A DNA stretch of 59,521 nucleotides, filler included, from Thelocarpon superellum (GCA_026025795.1; 3 parts of 3 records of this genome joined end to end with filler, not necessarily neighbours in it), one strand, 5' to 3'. Counted from the first letter of the whole stretch, positions 1 to 14,728 are shown. Numbers and translations are program-made. The notes: generated by a model not told the origin, from the letters alone.

Positions 1-1917
1 AACTCCTCCTCGGCGGCGCGCACGCGGTGCTCGAGGCCCTCGACCTCGGCGCGCTTGTCGTCGATGGCCTCGGCGATCTGGTCGAGGATCTCGCGGTTCT
101 TCTGGTCGGCCTCCATCGCGCCGCCGCGCCGCTCGGTGATCTCCTTGCGCAGCGAGATGAAGTTGGCCTTGACGGTGCCGCGAAGGTCGAGGTTCAGTAG
201 TTGTTGTGGCTGGTAGCCCGTCGTCGCGTCGCTCAGCAGTCGGTCGCCCTCGGTCGGGGCGCCGGCGTAGGACCCACTGAGCGCCAGCGAGGCGAAGGTC
301 GGCGCGTCGTTGGTCGTCAGCACCAGCTCGTAGCTGCAGCCGCGCGCGTTGGGCGCCGTGGACGGAATCAGGCCGATCTGGTAGCAAAAGGAGTTGTACT
401 TCTCCACCAGGCGCTCGAGCTCGTCGAGTCGCCGGCTGGCCTCGGCCTCCTTGTCGGCCACCTTGGCCTTGGCCTCCTCCAGCCGCGCCGCGGTCGCCTC
501 CACGCTCTTCTGCAGTCGCTCGCGCTCCGCGTTCATCCGGTCAATGTCCTGCACCGTGATGCCCTGGCGGTCGACCGACGCCCGCAGGCTGTGCTTCTCC
601 TGCTCGGCCTCGCGCAGCTCCGCCTCGGCCTTGTCCAGCTCCGCGACCAGGAACTTGACCCGCGCCTCGTACTTCTCCGCCTTGCCCTCCATGCTGCTGT
701 TGTACTGCTCGAACTTGCCCTTGTCGGCCTCGAGGATCTTAAAGTGCTTGTCCAGCTTGGCCACGTCCGGGCTCTGCTTCTCCAGCTCGTCGATCTGCTC
801 CTGCAGGCTCTGGCGCGACGCCTCCAGCACCGTCATCTCCCGCAGGTACTTCTCGTTGGCCCGGTCAAACTCCGCCGCCATGTCGGCCACGTGCGGCGCC
901 AGCACCCTGTTGGCGTCATCGTCGTCGTCTTCCTCCACCTGCAGCCAGTCGCGGTAGGCCTTGCTGAGGAAGCCAAAGATGATCCGGTCGCCGCTCACGT
1001 CCACGCCGACCTCGGCGCACGCGTCCTCGTACACGCCCTGGTCGAAGCGGTCCAGCATCATGGCCAGCTGCATCATCCAGTGCAGCAGGCCCAGGAAGGT
1101 GCTCCAGTTCTGCCCGCCGACCGCCGCGATCTGCGACTTGGTGATGGACTTCTCAAAGGGGTAGCGCAGCTGCTTGAGGATCGGTGGCACCTCCTGGTCG
1201 ATGTTCTTGAGGAAGCGATAGCTAGGGTCGACGCGGTGATACAGCCACTGGAACATGTAGTTGAAGTCCTTCTGCGTCGGCGACTTCATCGTCACCTGCG
1301 TCAGGGAATGTCGCATCTCCATCTCGAAGCCGTAGTGCGTCAGGTAGTCGAGCAGCTCCTGCCCGATCTTGGCCTGGTACGAGCGATCCTTGAGCGGGCG
1401 CGGGTCGCGGGGCACGCCAGCCGGGAGGGGCGCTTGTTGGAAGAAGCTCTGGTGTCCCATGGACGTCGGTCGTTGGTACACGCTGCTCCGACGCTGCGCG
1501 CTGTGGTCGCCCAGCGACGCCGGGCCTCCGCCGACCGCATAGCTCTTGCGCCCTGTGGCCGTGCTGAAGCCCTGCGACGATGAGGTGCGCTTGATGGTGG
1601 ACGGCGCAAGGTCGGTCAGGTTGCTGCCCGAGGAGGATCGTTGGAAGACGGGTTGGTTCGGTCGCTGGGGCGCGAGCGACGTGCGCGACCCGGACATGGA
1701 TCGCGCATGGCTGGCGGTGTAGGGACCGTACTGCTGATTCATGCCCGAGGTCGAGCTGGATCGTTTGAGGGCCGAGGCGGGTTGTGGGATGCCGGAGTTG
1801 TAGTTGATCCCGCCCAGCGTCTGCTCTCCGATCCTCAGTCAGGCCACCTGGAGGACAACAGCCGATACGTACCTCTCGCGGACGGCGCACGCTGAAGAGC
1901 GCCGTGTCTTGCGACAT
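1..1917 (-). CDS. NDC80: Kinetochore protein Ndc80/HEC1 (3' end runs off the window)
   Basis: Manual translation: ATG at 1917, exon 1 MSQDTALFSVRRPRE, GT-AG intron 1872-1821, then TLGGINYNSGIPQP...DPRPLKDRSYQ...SPTQKDFNYMFQWLYHRVDPSYRF...LKQLRYPFEKSITKSQIAAVGGQNWSTFLGLLHWM (Ndc80 CH domain), followed by coiled coil. Absent from the ORF track because no stop lies in the window. Confidence 0.95.
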
Positions 1918-2612
1918 GTCGACCGTCTGCAGCGAAAGGGGATGAGCGTTGGTGTCGCGCTTGATGAGACGATGCGATGAGGTGCGATGAGGAGTCTTGA
2001 TGCTTGATCCTTGGTCGTGAGCTTGATCTCCATCTCCACGCTCGGTCGCTTTGTTGACAAACACGAGACGACCGCCAATCAGACGCGAGCCGACCCGACG
2101 GGCTCTCCGCCAATCACCGTTCGACTCGAGACTGTCGGCTTGCTTAGTTAAGCTGTCACTTTCACGCTAATTCTATCGTTCGACGTCGCAATTCTTCGCG
2201 ATACCGTTGGTGACTGGCGCTCCTCGGCCAATGCGATGACCGGTGCGTGGTACGAGGTACGGAGTACAAGGCACGAGGACAGCGTCGTCAACATCACCCG
2301 CACATCGCACACCTCGCACCTCACACCTCGCGCCCCACATACCCTACACACTCGCAAGCAAATGTTCTCTAGAAATACATCGGACATATAATCATGGCGC
2401 CGCCCACTCCCGTCCCCGCTCCAGCTCCATTGTGGTACGTGGCGTGATGGCAAGAAGAAAGCGTCGTCAGAAACCACCGGACCCCGGATCCGGGCGCGTG
2501 CGAGTGATGCCGGCGTGGCGGCCAGGGAAGAGGGGTGAGTACGCTATGTGCAAGGGGCACGGCCCCGCTGGACGCTCGCGCTCGCCCGCGGTACGACGAG
2601 CATCGTCGCTCG

Positions 2613-5600
2613 TCAACGCGGGGATTGGTTGATGTGCTGGAAGAGCGCACCAAACAGTCGTTCAATCTAGCCCGGCGTCAGCCCCGCTCCATATCGCTGT
2701 CGCACCCAGTCACCCACCTCCGGCGCGGCCTTGATGAAGGGAAGATCCCAGAACATGTAGGTCGGATTCTTGAGCAGCTCCAGCAGCGTGATGATCAGGC
2801 CCCACGGATGCGGCCGATGCACGATCAGCCGCTCCAGCAGCACCCGCGTGATCTGCTGCCGCACGTCCGACTCCTGCTGGTCGTTCTGGTCGCTGCCGAA
2901 GAGGAAGAGCAGTAGGTAGCTGAAGTAATGCGTGTGGCTGTTTGGGTATCGCAGCTGGTTCGCGATCGCACCGAGCAGGTGGTAGCGTGCCTCGGGCCCG
3001 AGCTCGCGCACCAGCGTGTGGAAGAGGGCCGCCTGCGCCGAGTGTTGCACGAACGTCGGCCCGCCCTTCTGTCCGACCGCCGCCATGGCGCTGCTGCCCA
3101 CGTAGAGCACCAGCGACGTCAACAACGGCAGGTCCACCGGCACCGGCACAAACGCCACCCCCGTCTCCTTGATCGCCGGGTGTCCGATGGCCCGCACCAA
3201 CCGCGCCACGTGCTCGTCCGTGGGCCCGCTCGCCAACGCCGCGTCTACGAGGTCCTTGACCTGCGCGCGCCGCAACGGGGCCTCAAAGTCGCCCGCGATC
3301 GTGGGCGACGTGCGGATCTCATGGATACGATCGACCTTGAGCCCCGCCGTGAACGGGTCCGGCAGCTCGGGGAAGGAAGACGGGTAGGCGCTGAGGACGA
3401 GGTTGCGAAGCTGCGTGCAGTGTGCCGGGATGGCTCCGCAGAGCCGGTGATGATTCTCGGCCAGAAACTCGGGGAAGTCGTGGTGGAGCACCAGCAGCGT
3501 GCGCAGCGTCCCACGGTATAGATCCTTGCTGGTCGTCGAGAGGTGGAGCGGCTTCAGCAGATCCCCCACAAACGACAGCAGCGCTTCCATGAGGGACGTG
3601 TACGGCGCCCATCCCTGTGAGCACGAGTTAGTCTTGGAGGCGCCCGCGTCTCGCGGTCGGGGTCCTCTCACCGCTTGATCCGGCAGCAAGAGCAGCGTCG
3701 GGAGGAAGTAGCGATGCGCGATCAGCGACAGCCAGGCAAAGGCAAAGCCGGGGAAGTACGCCGGTTGCAGCGTCAGGAAGGTCTCCGCCAGGACGAGCGC
3801 CATCGCCGTGTCCTGCGAAGGGTCGGCGTCGACCATGGCGGAGCGCACCCCGTGGTGCTCGCAGAGCAGGGAGGAGAACAGGCGGAAGAAGACCTTCTGG
3901 TTGAAGCGTTCGCCGCGCATGACGTGGTGATGGTTGAGCACGAGGACCACGAGCGACAGGGTCGAGCGCAAATAGGCCGTCTTGCGTCGGGCGCTCTCGG
4001 CCTCACGCTCGCTTTGATAGCGCATCAGGAGCAGGATCAGCTTCGCCAGGGCATCGACGCAGAGGAAGGCCTCATCCACGCTGCCCGTCACGCTGGGTTC
4101 GTGCTGCTCATAGGCGTCCACGGCCATGTCGATGCCGACGCGAAAGAAGAGACACGACTCCTCTTGACTGCCGAGGAGCCGCTTCTGATGTAACTGTCCG
4201 ATGAAGGCCGCCGCCGTCTGGTCCGTCAAGTCGCGTCCACAGAGCTGCACCCATTCGTGGAAGGCGTACTCCATCTGCTCGCGACGCGCGCGCGATCGCT
4301 CGTCGGGCGCGCCGTCCAGCCCCTCGGGCACGCCAGCGTCGCGAAGCCGGCGGACGATCTGCTGGGCAGGCTCCAGATCAGGCTCACGCTGCAGCCACTG
4401 CTCCATGGCGTCAAGGCTGAGGGCGAAGTCAGCCCGCAGGGCAGTGGGCCGCGCGCTGAACAGCACCTGGTCCATCAGCGCCGTCAAATAGTCCAGCGCC
4501 GGCCGGTGTCGATGCTGAAGTTGGCGGCTGATCCAGCCGTCGACCCGTTGCAGCTCCAACAGCCCCACGCGAACCAATGCCACCGTCGCCATCAGCGGCA
4601 GCGGCTGCTCGTCATCTTGATGCGCCAGCCGCATCGTCACTTCGCGCGCCGTCACAGGGGATGTGTCGCATAGTCGCTTGAGCAGCTGCACGAAAAGCTC
4701 AATCTCGCCCGGCTTCTCCAACTCGGTGTAGAGGATCTGGCAGACTTTTTTGGCGGTCATGAAGCTCAGGTCCTCGCCACGGGTTGACAGCGCCACCAGC
4801 CGCAGGATCTGCGTGGGGAGCGCGAAGGCCGGATCGGACGGTGCCCGGTCCTGGAAGGGGTCATCGGGCAGGTCCTTGACGACGGTCAGCAAGGTCGACA
4901 GGAGCTCGTCGAGCTGCTCGTGCGCCGACTTGGCGTCGGTGAAGCCGTTGAGCTGCGGGTGGACCACGGCAGCGGTCGACGACTGCATCAAGCGTTGCGT
5001 CGTCGGGCCTGCCACCGTGGCCGTCGGAATGGTGGCTTGGCGTGGCACGGCCGGGGTCTCGGCGGGCGTGGGCAGACTCGGCATGGCGGGGAAGGGCTCT
5101 TGCAGGACGTCGTTGACCATCTGGCGACCACTGTCGGTGGACGAGGCGTTGGTGTGACCGGGCGGGCCGCGAGACTGTCGCGCAAAATCCTCGTAGATGG
5201 CCATCTGCTCCTTGTTGAGACCGGTGGGCGATTGCTTGTAGGGCTCGGGGATATAAAAGGACCAGCGGTTCAGGATGGGGTCGACAAACGGCTCGTTGGG
5301 TCGGATGGCGCGGTGGCGACGACGCGCCACCAGCTGCTGCTCGATGTTTTCTTCAATTTCCGGCATCGATCGCTGCTCCGCCGCGCTCTCGACCATGTTG
5401 CAGGCCGTGTCGAGGTTGTCGTTGACGCACATGAGGATGGCGCCCTCGGGCAGCGGCTGGTCGCCAACCTCGGCCGACAGCACGCGGATGTAGTTGGTCA
5501 TGCTCATGCGCAGCGGCTCCTTGCACGTCACCAGCGCCAGACTGCCCGCCAGCGCTTTCACCATCGTCAGGGCCGAGGCGCGCACACGGTCCTCGTTGGG

Positions 5601-6726
5601 CTCCATGGCGAAGTCTTTGTGGATCAGCTGCGCCGTCGAGATGGCCGCGATGGTGACGGAGCGCTCGACCACGGGCGCGATGATCTCTTGGATCGCCTTG
5701 CGCACCGCATTCTCCACGATGTAGCGCAGCGAGTCATGGTTGATGCCCGTGTTGGCCGTGGGCGGATAGACGAGGAGCGCACCGACATCCGGTAACGACG
5801 ACGTGATTGCCGCCGGCGAGAAGCGGTCCGTGCGGGCACCGTTGCGGCCGAGGCCGGCGATGGCCAAGTCTTCGAAGCCCTCGAGTCCGTCCGGCAGCGG
5901 CGGGCCGGCGAGGTCATCGTCTGGATGAGGACGCTCGCGGAGGCTCGTCGAGGGTGCGAGCGCCGTGTGGTCGAGGGACAGGTCTTTGCACAGCACCTCG
6001 ATCTCGAACTTGAGCTGCAGACGGAGCTCGGCATAGTGGTAGAGCTCGATGAGCAGGCCGAGGATGTCCATGATCCAGGGATTGGGCGGTTTGAAGACGA
6101 CGGAGCGGCGTGCCTGAGCCAGCACCTTGCAGGTGAAGGGGATCGCTAGGAGTAGGCGCTGGGTGTCGTAGGCCTCGATCAGCAGCTCCTTGAAGGCGAT
6201 GTGCCGGTGCTTGATGGGCTTGTCGCGCGCGATGGTGAGAGACCCGAGCCAGCCGCCCAGGTTCTTGAGGTGAGCGCGCTCCGTCGACGACTCGAGGGTG
6301 CCAGGCGCATTCAGCATGCGGATGACGCTCACGTACGTCTCACGCAGAACCTGCGCCCACATGAGCTTGTCGCCGAAGCGCTCGAGCATGTCGAGATACA
6401 GCTGATGGAAGTTGGGCTGCATCTTGGCCCGCTCCTCCACCAGATACCCGGCGAACCAGCGGAAGTGCGGCGCGGCCACGGCCTCCTTGAGATCCGTGAG
6501 CTTGGCCTCGATGTTCTGCTCCGAGATGTTGTTGAGCACGAAGAGCACCTTGTCTTGCGTCTCCTCGTCCGGATCTTGATCGCGTTCGCTTGGTGCAACT
6601 GGATCCACGTGGAGCGAGGCGAAGCGGGGTGGGCCCGGATCGGAGGGAAAGAGCTCATCGACGTTGCCGTTCGTTAGCGTGGCGTCGTCGGAGAAGCCGT
6701 TGGCGGCGGAGCCGAGCCCATTCACG

Positions 6727-6760
<34 letters not shown>

Positions 6761-9700
6761 GAACCACCGCCGCGCCATCGCCTTCGCGCGACAGCTGCTG
6801 GGCACGCTCATGCACAATCTCTTCGGCCTTGTTGTAGGCCTCGGTGCCCTGGAGGCCAGGCACCTGCAGCAGGAAGTTGCAAAAGCCGGGCCACTCTTGG
6901 AGCCGGTTGAAGAAGTGGAGGAGGGCCTGCAGGCCGAACTTGTACATGGACGATTCCGGGGGGTAGTCGCGCACGGCCTCGAGGATCATGCCGAGGCCGA
7001 CGCGTAGCGGGATGCCGGCGATGAGGTTGAAGTTGATGATGCCCCCAAACAGGACGGCCGTGGTGGCCAGTGCCTCAAGCGGATACTCGCGAAAGCAGCT
7101 GTACTCGTCGAAGAGCCCGTGGATCATGCAGGCGAAGAGGTCCTGCTCGCCAGGGTCGCGCGATTGCTTGTAGCGCTGCAGGGCGCCCACAATGTCGCGC
7201 ACGTCGCGCTCGCCGTTGTACATGCGCTTGTAGTGCTCCTGCATGAGGGCGTCGGCGCCCTCGGGGATGGAATTGGAGTTCTCGCCATTGGCGTCGATGA
7301 GGTCGTCGAAGCCCTCGCCGTAGTTGATGAGGCGCGGATAGGCCTGGATGCAGAGACGCTGCACGGCGACAAGCTCACCCTCTTCGCGGCGCTCCTCGGA
7401 GAGGAGATCCTCGAGGATCTCGAGCATGGTGTTGACGGTGCGCACGGCCAGGCTGATGGTGCGCGGGGCTGCCTGATCTTTGCGCACCGTCTTCATCTCG
7501 TCCTCGGCCTTGATGGTCAGGAAGCGCGACAGGGCGAAGGCGAACTCCTGCGGGCCGCGTTGAGCGTTGGTCTGGGCCCAGGGCTCGAGATCGAGCATGC
7601 CGCGGCGGTGGGCCAGGGCGGCCAGGTCGATGCCGAAGGCGTTCAGGATCAGAAGCAGATCGTCGGACCAGTCATGCTCCTCGGCGTGCTCGAGGAGGAG
7701 CGGGAGCTTCAGCGGGTCTTGCGCGTGGGCCTCGACCAGGCGCGTGGCGACCCACTGCTTGTCCTGTTTCCAAAGCCCGTGCAGGACGAAGGCGTACTTG
7801 GGGTGCTGCTTGAAGAGAAAGGGGAAGAACAGGCGGGCATAGATGCCTTGCTGCGTCTCCGTCCACGGTTTCTCCACGGCGATGGCGGCGCAGAGGAAGA
7901 CGTGGGTGTGTTGTTGCACGACCTGCTGGAAGATCTGTTGGCCCTCGGTCGACATGAAGAAGCCCGGATTGTTCGCGATCAGCTCGAACAGGGCCGTCAT
8001 GGCGTCAAGCGAGACCAGGGTGTATTTGACCGCCTCGGCGGCATCCTCCTTGACCGCGTCGGAGGCATCGTCAAAGTCGGCCGTGGTGAAGGCCGGTCGG
8101 AGGCGCGGGATGGTCGAGGCGTCGAGCACGGTGGGCGACAGCGACAAGAAGACAGTCACAAAGGCCAGTAAGGTCTCGGGCCACTGCCAGCGCCCACTCC
8201 ACAGGAGCTGGAGGTCACAGGTGGCATCCTCCTCGGCGACGGGTCGCAAGGCGTCGTACAGCTTCAGGAAGCGCGGCTCGTCGATGCGGAGACCGTCGCG
8301 GTCGAAGCCACGGACGACCTGGGTCCAGTCCAGTGGGTGGGCGGACGTGTGGTCCCGGACGGCACGGACGACATTGGCCGGCCGATAGAGCTCCCAGTCG
8401 GGGTGGGCGATCATGCCGACCAGGGCGGCGGCGACGGCGGCAGCGTCAAGCGGCACGTTGGTCGTGGCGAGCAGATCCCGGCAGGCGTCCGGAGTGGCGG
8501 TGGCCGATGGACCCGCCTGGAGGAGGAGGCGTACCAGGGAGGGCCGGGCGTCGAGAAGGGTCAACAGGTGGAGGGCCATGGCCACGTCCATGGGCACCGC
8601 CGCGGATTGGGCCTCGAAGTGTCGCCGGACGGCGTAGGCCAGGCGTGCGCGGGCCTCATCATTCAGATTCGGAGGTGGATGCTGGGCCATGCCGTCAAGG
8701 AGTCGGAGGAGGACGGGTGGCGGGAGATCGGCATATTTCTGATCCGCCGTCATGGCGGCGGTCGCCAGCAGCTCCAGGAGACGCTGGAAGCTGCTGGCGA
8801 GAATGGCGTCGGCCTTGTTGCGAAGATCGGCACGCGTCGTCGTCTTACAGGCGAGGGCCAGGAGGGTCTTGTCGATGGCATCGAGCTTGAAGTGCTCGAG
8901 GAAGGTGGAGAGGTCGAAGTCGCGGAAGAGGTCGCCATCGGGGACGGCGAGGGCCTCGGCGATCTTGCGAGCTTGGTCGGGGTCTTGAGCGAGTTTACGC
9001 AGCTCGGCGACCAGCAGCGGATAGTTTCCGGCATTCTCGACAGGCCGGTTGATTCCAGGGAAGATCTGAGGCGCATTGCCGACGACCAGACGGCGAAAGT
9101 ATTTGGCGAAGACTTCCATGCCGTTGGACTGGATCAACTATGTGGGATTTCGCGGTCAGCGCGACGGGGATATGGATGGCGGGGGATGAAGGCTCACCTT
9201 GCGGATCTGGTCGGCTTGTGAATCCCACTTGGTGTTGTCCTTGTCCTCCTTGATGGTGCTCAGCAGCAGGAAGACTTGGGCGATGACGATCTTGGACAGC
9301 TGGCCGGCTTGGTTGTTGGCGTTATGGGCCGTGGCCGAGGAGGGGCTGTTGGGCGACTGGATGTTGGATTGGGAGTAGGAGGGAGAGTGGGTGAAGGCTT
9401 TACCGGTGCTGGTGCCGGTGCCGTTGGCGTTGCTGGTGCTTGAGCCTTGGCCACCTCCGCCTCCACCGCCGGCACCGCTCCCGCCGGCGTGCGGGCCGGC
9501 GTTGGATGACGCAGACGAGGAGGGCGGACGATTCGCAGCGGGTGGGTTGGCCCGGGATCTTGGAGATGACAATTGCGGACCCGAGGCAGGCGACTGCTGG
9601 GAGCCAGCTTGTTGAAGGGTCGGGAAGGCAGCGGCACTGGCCGCGTTCGAAGGAGCGTTTGGGCGAGCGGCCGCGCCGTCCCGGAGTGAGGCGTTCAGGA

Positions 9701-9983
9701 CGGAGGAGAAGGATGAGGCAAAGGGCGAGGCGGTGGAGGTGGATGGGGCACCCGTGGCACGCGGGCTGGACTGTGAGGTGGAGCGCGCGGGCGAGGCCCA
9801 CGGCGCGGCGCCCACAGCGGTGGAAATGGGCGTGAGGACCAGACGACGGGCGGGTGCAGGGGCGGCGGCGGCGGCGGACGATGACGCCGATGCTTGATGC
9901 GAGGCAGTGGATCTTCGGCCGGAAGGGTGGTCGGTGCCAGAAGCGGTCGAGTCCTGCGGAGGTTGAGGGGAAGGTAAGGTCAT
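2613..9983 (-). CDS. NOT1: CCR4-NOT complex scaffold subunit Not1
   Basis: Exons 9983-9198, 9137-3672, 3614-2718, 2666-2613 with GT-AG introns. Motifs LFDEY..F.EYPLEALATTAVLFG, HLKNLGGWLG.LTIARDKPI, LALVTCKEPLR, LLVLHHDFPEFLAE, NQLRYPNSHTHYFS, RLIVHRPHPWGL. Confidence 0.97.
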
Positions 9984-11458
9984 CTAGGATGCGCGAACAT
10001 TGGCCCCGTCCCAATTGCGGTCAAACGAGGGAGGATGGTTGTGCCTGGGAGGGCGAGGGGGACAGAGGCGTGGATGGATGGAGCGAGGTGTCGTGGGGAT
10101 GGAGGTGTAGGAGGCGGTGTGGTGGTGGTGGCGGACGGAAGAGACGGGGAGAGATGATGATTGATGGTCGACCTGGCTTGAATCACGAGGTGAAGGTTGC
10201 TTGACCGATGAGGCTCTCTCGCTCGCCGTGATCTCCCGCCCAGCGCCAGACGAACGTCTACTCGATTCACCACGAACACCAAGTGCAGGTCCCGTCGTCT
10301 GACTACGGCAGCATACCTACCCTCTGCTGTGCTCACGACGGCTGACTACGGGGCAAGGGAACGTTGGTCTGGGCATTGGTGGCCGCTGCTACGATCGTTT
10401 CTGCCCGTCGAAGCCATGGGAGCAAGGACGCTCGTGTCTTTGTACGAACACTCCAGGACACCTTTTCGTCGTGACAAGCGAGTTTGCTGGTCCGGCCACC
10501 CCGATCTCCGTACTCGGTGGTACAGGTGCGAGGACAGGTGCACGTAGGAACAGTAGTGGTTAGACATCGCTGTGCACGGAGCAGACCATCAGACGGTGCT
10601 CCGGTCGGAGCTTGTTTGTTCTGGCATCGAATCCCTCCAGTGAAGGAGAGTGCGCTGTCATCCGTCACAGACCTCAGCCAATAACGTTTAAGACGGCCAA
10701 GCTCAAATTGACGCTTGACAACTGTGGCCGGCAAAGATGCTGCCGGCCTGCATCGCACGTGAATGCGCGGAGCCTGCAATGGCAGAAGTAAGTGAGGGCA
10801 CGTGGCCGGCTGCAGAACTCGAGCCAGGCACTGCATCTCTTGTTGCGCGTCGGGCCGCAGTAAGACTCGTCGTCGACGACCCTACTGTCCGCTGCGTCGA
10901 TCGGACGAGGTTTTTCTGTCTCAGCGGCCCTGACGGCGCGAGTTGGGCGCACGCAACTGCCGAGAGGTTACGTGACATAAGCGGCGGGACTGCGGCATAG
11001 GTGGTCTGCCGCGTCATCCGTACCTGATTCGGGGGCGCCAGAACGAAGGGTACGGCAGTTTGGCTGGTTGCTGGGCGACGAGCTCCATAGCGCCGAGTGT
11101 ACAGCAAGAAGCGGCACGTAAACAGTGCCGGCTCTTGGATGATGGCCCCTGCACCCTACCACACCCACTCGTAGACTTCCACCTCTCCCAATCTGCCATC
11201 ACCACACTTCTCCTACCCGTATTCGTCCCTAACACCGGACCTCATCGCCATTGCCGTGCACGGCAGTCTCAATCATCATTCTCCCCTGCAGTCTGTCGCT
11301 CATTCCAGATCCTAGCTCTCCAACTGTTCGATCCAGTTGCCGCCTTCCTGTGCCCCGCGACCCTTGACCTGGCGTTATCACGCGACCGTTGAACCCTCGC
11401 GGTGCGTGGTGACGGCCGTGTTCGGGTGGGTTCGAGCCCGCCGAGCCAAAGGGGCAAG

Positions 11459-14400
11459 ATGCCCGGCACCATCGCAGAAGGGCCGAGCGTCTCACTCTCT
11501 TGTTCGTCGCTGGCCCCGCACGAGGCTGGACACACGCTGACGGCAAGATAGTTGCCAACAACTTCTGGGGCAAAGATGATGCCGGCGTGCATCCGTTGCT
11601 GGAGCGCATGCATGGGGCCAAGGTGACGTCGGATGAGCTGAAGGCTTTCTATTCCGGTCGGTGCCTCCGTTCCGCCCCTTCCGAACCCATGGACTGACCT
11701 ATGTTGCCAGCCCGTGCCGCCATTGAAGACGATTACGCCCGCAAGCTACTGGCTCTGTGCCGCAAGCCCCTTGGATCGTGCGAGGGTGGCACGCTGCGCG
11801 CCTCTCTGGACACGCTCCGGGGCGAGGTCGAGTCGATGGGAAAGTCGCACCAGGGCATTGCCGGACAGATGAAGAGCGAACTAGAAGAGCCGCTGGCGGC
11901 ATTCTCGGGCGGGTTGAAGGAGCGCCGGAAGATCGTGCAGAATGGGGTGGAGAAGCTACTGAAGGTCAAGACGCAGCAGACGCAAGCCATGAACAAGGTC
12001 GGCCCTCCCACGCCTCGGCCCTCCCACGCACTGCTGACATCGGATAGTCGCGCGACCGCTACGAGCAGGACTGTCTCCGGATCAAGGGGTACTTGGCACA
12101 GGGACACATGGTCATGGGTCAAGAGGAGCGCAAGAACAAGGCCAAGCTGGAGAAGACGCAGATCCAGGTGGCGACGTCGAACAACGAGTACGAAGCGGCG
12201 GTGAAGGCACTCGAGGAGACGACGACGCGCTGGAACCGCGAGTGGAAGGCGGCGTGCGATGTAAGCGGTCCCTCTTGCCGGATGCGCGGGATGGTGGATG
12301 GCTGACGCAGGCGAACAGAAGTTTCAAGACCTCGAGGAGGAGCGGCTCGATTTCATGAAGAGCAGCGTGTGGAGCTTCGCCAACATCGCCTCCACCGTGT
12401 GCGTGAGCGACGATGGGTCGTGCGAGAAGATCCGCCTGTCCCTCGAGGGTTGCGAAGTGGAGAAAGACATTGTTGGGTTCATCCGCGACAAGGGCACGGG
12501 CCAAGAGATCCCCGATCCACCCAAGTACATCAACTTCTGTCGTGGCGATGTGAACGACACTCCGTCCGAGATCTCCGAGGATGAAAACTACTCGGTCGCT
12601 CAGTTCCAACGCACCATCAATCCCGCCTTCCGCAGCTCCTCGCCCCAACCCTCGACGTACGACTCGCATCGCGATTCGCGATCGGACCTGGCCGGCCACA
12701 TGTCGGCTCGCGATCCCCATACGCCTAGCAGCCGCGACCGGAGCCGCGACGCGAATCTGACGCCTCAAGCCGGCGCCCCGCGTGGCGCCCCGCCGTCGCT
12801 GGACTATCAGGGGCAGGTGGCCGGTCAGCTGGAGTACCAAGCGTCGCACCACGGCCCCTTGGCCGCGGTGCCGCATAACCAGTATCCCATGGATGGCATG
12901 ACGATGCTCTGTCGGACCGGGCCGCCGTCGGACCGCAGCACCGCGACGAGTCCGGCGCGAAGATCCAGTCATGACTCGCAGAGTGAATATTCCATCCCCA
13001 CCTCCTTTTCGAGCCAAGACCCGGCGAGCGGCAAGCAATCGCCCGTCAAGGCCCTGCACGGTGTCCCGGCCCCGGCCCCGGCGGTGGCGGTGGCGGAAGG
13101 GAAGAACCTCCTGAAGAAGAAGAGTGGCTTTTTCCAGAGCCACAGTCCCTTCCGACGGAAGAGTAAGCACGAGAAAGAGCCGGGCGGGGCAGAGCCGGCG
13201 TCGTCCCCGGCCATGATGGCGCCGTCGGCCGGACGCAACACGTGGTCGGCGTCGACGGCGCGCACGTTTGCCAACGCCGAGGGCAGCCCGACACGGGCGG
13301 GGCCGATGTATGGCAGCACGCCGTCGCAGGCGGTCGTCTTGGGCGGGGCGCGACAGAGTGGCAGCCCCGAACCCGTTGATCCACGGGCCAACTTCCAGCT
13401 CAACGTGGGGGCCAACGTGTTTGACGTGGACTCGCCCGACGCGTGCCGCGAACCACGACGCAGCCCGGTCAAGAGCTCGAGCGCGGGGGTGGGAGCGGGG
13501 CTCGACGACCTCGATCCGATCGCGGCAGCGCTGGCCGAGCTCAAGGGCGTGAGCAAGCAGTCGTCGGTGCGCATGTCGGCCGATCGCTACCACGGCCTCC
13601 AGACGCCGGCGCCGTCGAACGCGTCGAATGCGTCGGGCGACAATGGCGTGCAAGCAGCGCAGCGGGGCACGCCTCCTCCATCGTATGACCAGCCTATGAA
13701 GCGGCTCGACCTGCCGCAGCCGGCCTTCACGTCGGCGTCGATGCAGCAGACGCGGCAGAAGTACGTCGACCAGGCGCAGCATGTCTTTGGCCGGTCGACG
13801 GGGGGCGCGGAGCCGGCGAGCCCCTACGGCAGTCCCTACGCCCCTCGGTCACAGCCGCGACCGGGGACGCAGGGCAGCAGCGGCAGTGGATCCGACCTGC
13901 CGCGTGCGACGTCGCCGGCGCCGTTGCGGAGCACCTCGCCCCGGCCCGGTTATGGCGACGGGCGTCAAGGGTACCGCTCCGCGTCGCCCCATGCCTACGG
14001 CGACGGCGCGCATGCGCGGATGAACTCGGTCTCGCCGCACAAGCGTGGCTCACCCCAAGGCTCGGCCGTCGGCTACGAGAGCGGCGGCCATCCCACGTCC
14101 ATGTGCCGCGAGGGCGACGAGCGGTACGGAGGCTCGCAGCGGAGTCGGGCCATGACCAACCAGTCGGGCCGTCCGCTAAGCTACTACCACGGAGCGGGGC
14201 CAGACGCGGCGAGCGGCGGCCAGCCGGCGTACGCGAGCAGTCGGGCGCGCAGCAAGAGCGTATCGGATGGCCGACAGTTCACCCGCGATGGACGGCCCAT
14301 TCTGCATTTTGGTGAGTGCCATCGCCCGCCGAGCATGACGACGGATGCTAACGATGCCTTGGGCAGCTCGCGCGCAGTATTTGTACCAGGCTGCGATTCC

Positions 14401-14536
14401 GGAGGAGCTGAGCTTCAGCAAGGGCGACATTCTCGCCGTCCTCCGCCTGCAAGATGACGGCTGGTGGGAGGCAGAGGTGGCCGGCAAGAACGGACGGCCG
14501 GGTTTGGTGCCCAGCAACTACCTGCAGCCGATTTGA
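11459..14536 (+). CDS. F-BAR + SH3 cytokinesis/septation protein (Hof1/Cdc15/Imp2 family)
   Basis: ATG 11459; multi-exon. FANNFWGKDD...AAIEDDYARKLL...KFQDLEEERLDFMK (FCH/F-BAR); C-terminal SH3 YLYQAAIPEELSFSKGD...DDGWWE...GLVPSNYL; stop at 14534-14536. Confidence 0.9.
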
Positions 14537-14728
14537 AGCGCGATGCTGCGGCGCAGACGGGGCGAGGCACCTGATCGCACCCTGGTGTTGTTGGAATGCG
14601 AGCGATGTTAGAGCGACGGGGCACGCCATCGGACATGGATCATCACCAGAGATTTGGCCCGGCCATGTATTGATAGGTTGCGATTCATTCGTCATGCAAG
14701 TACATGCCCTCTGGCCACCAATCTCCGA

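Noticed and set aside
201..1583. 460-aa plus-strand ORF, and similar long ORFs at 12112-13782(-), 37013-38482(-) and 55609-57210(+)
   Set aside because: Antisense shadows of NDC80, the F-BAR gene, VPH1 and ATG9 caused by high-GC codon usage; no recognisable domains.
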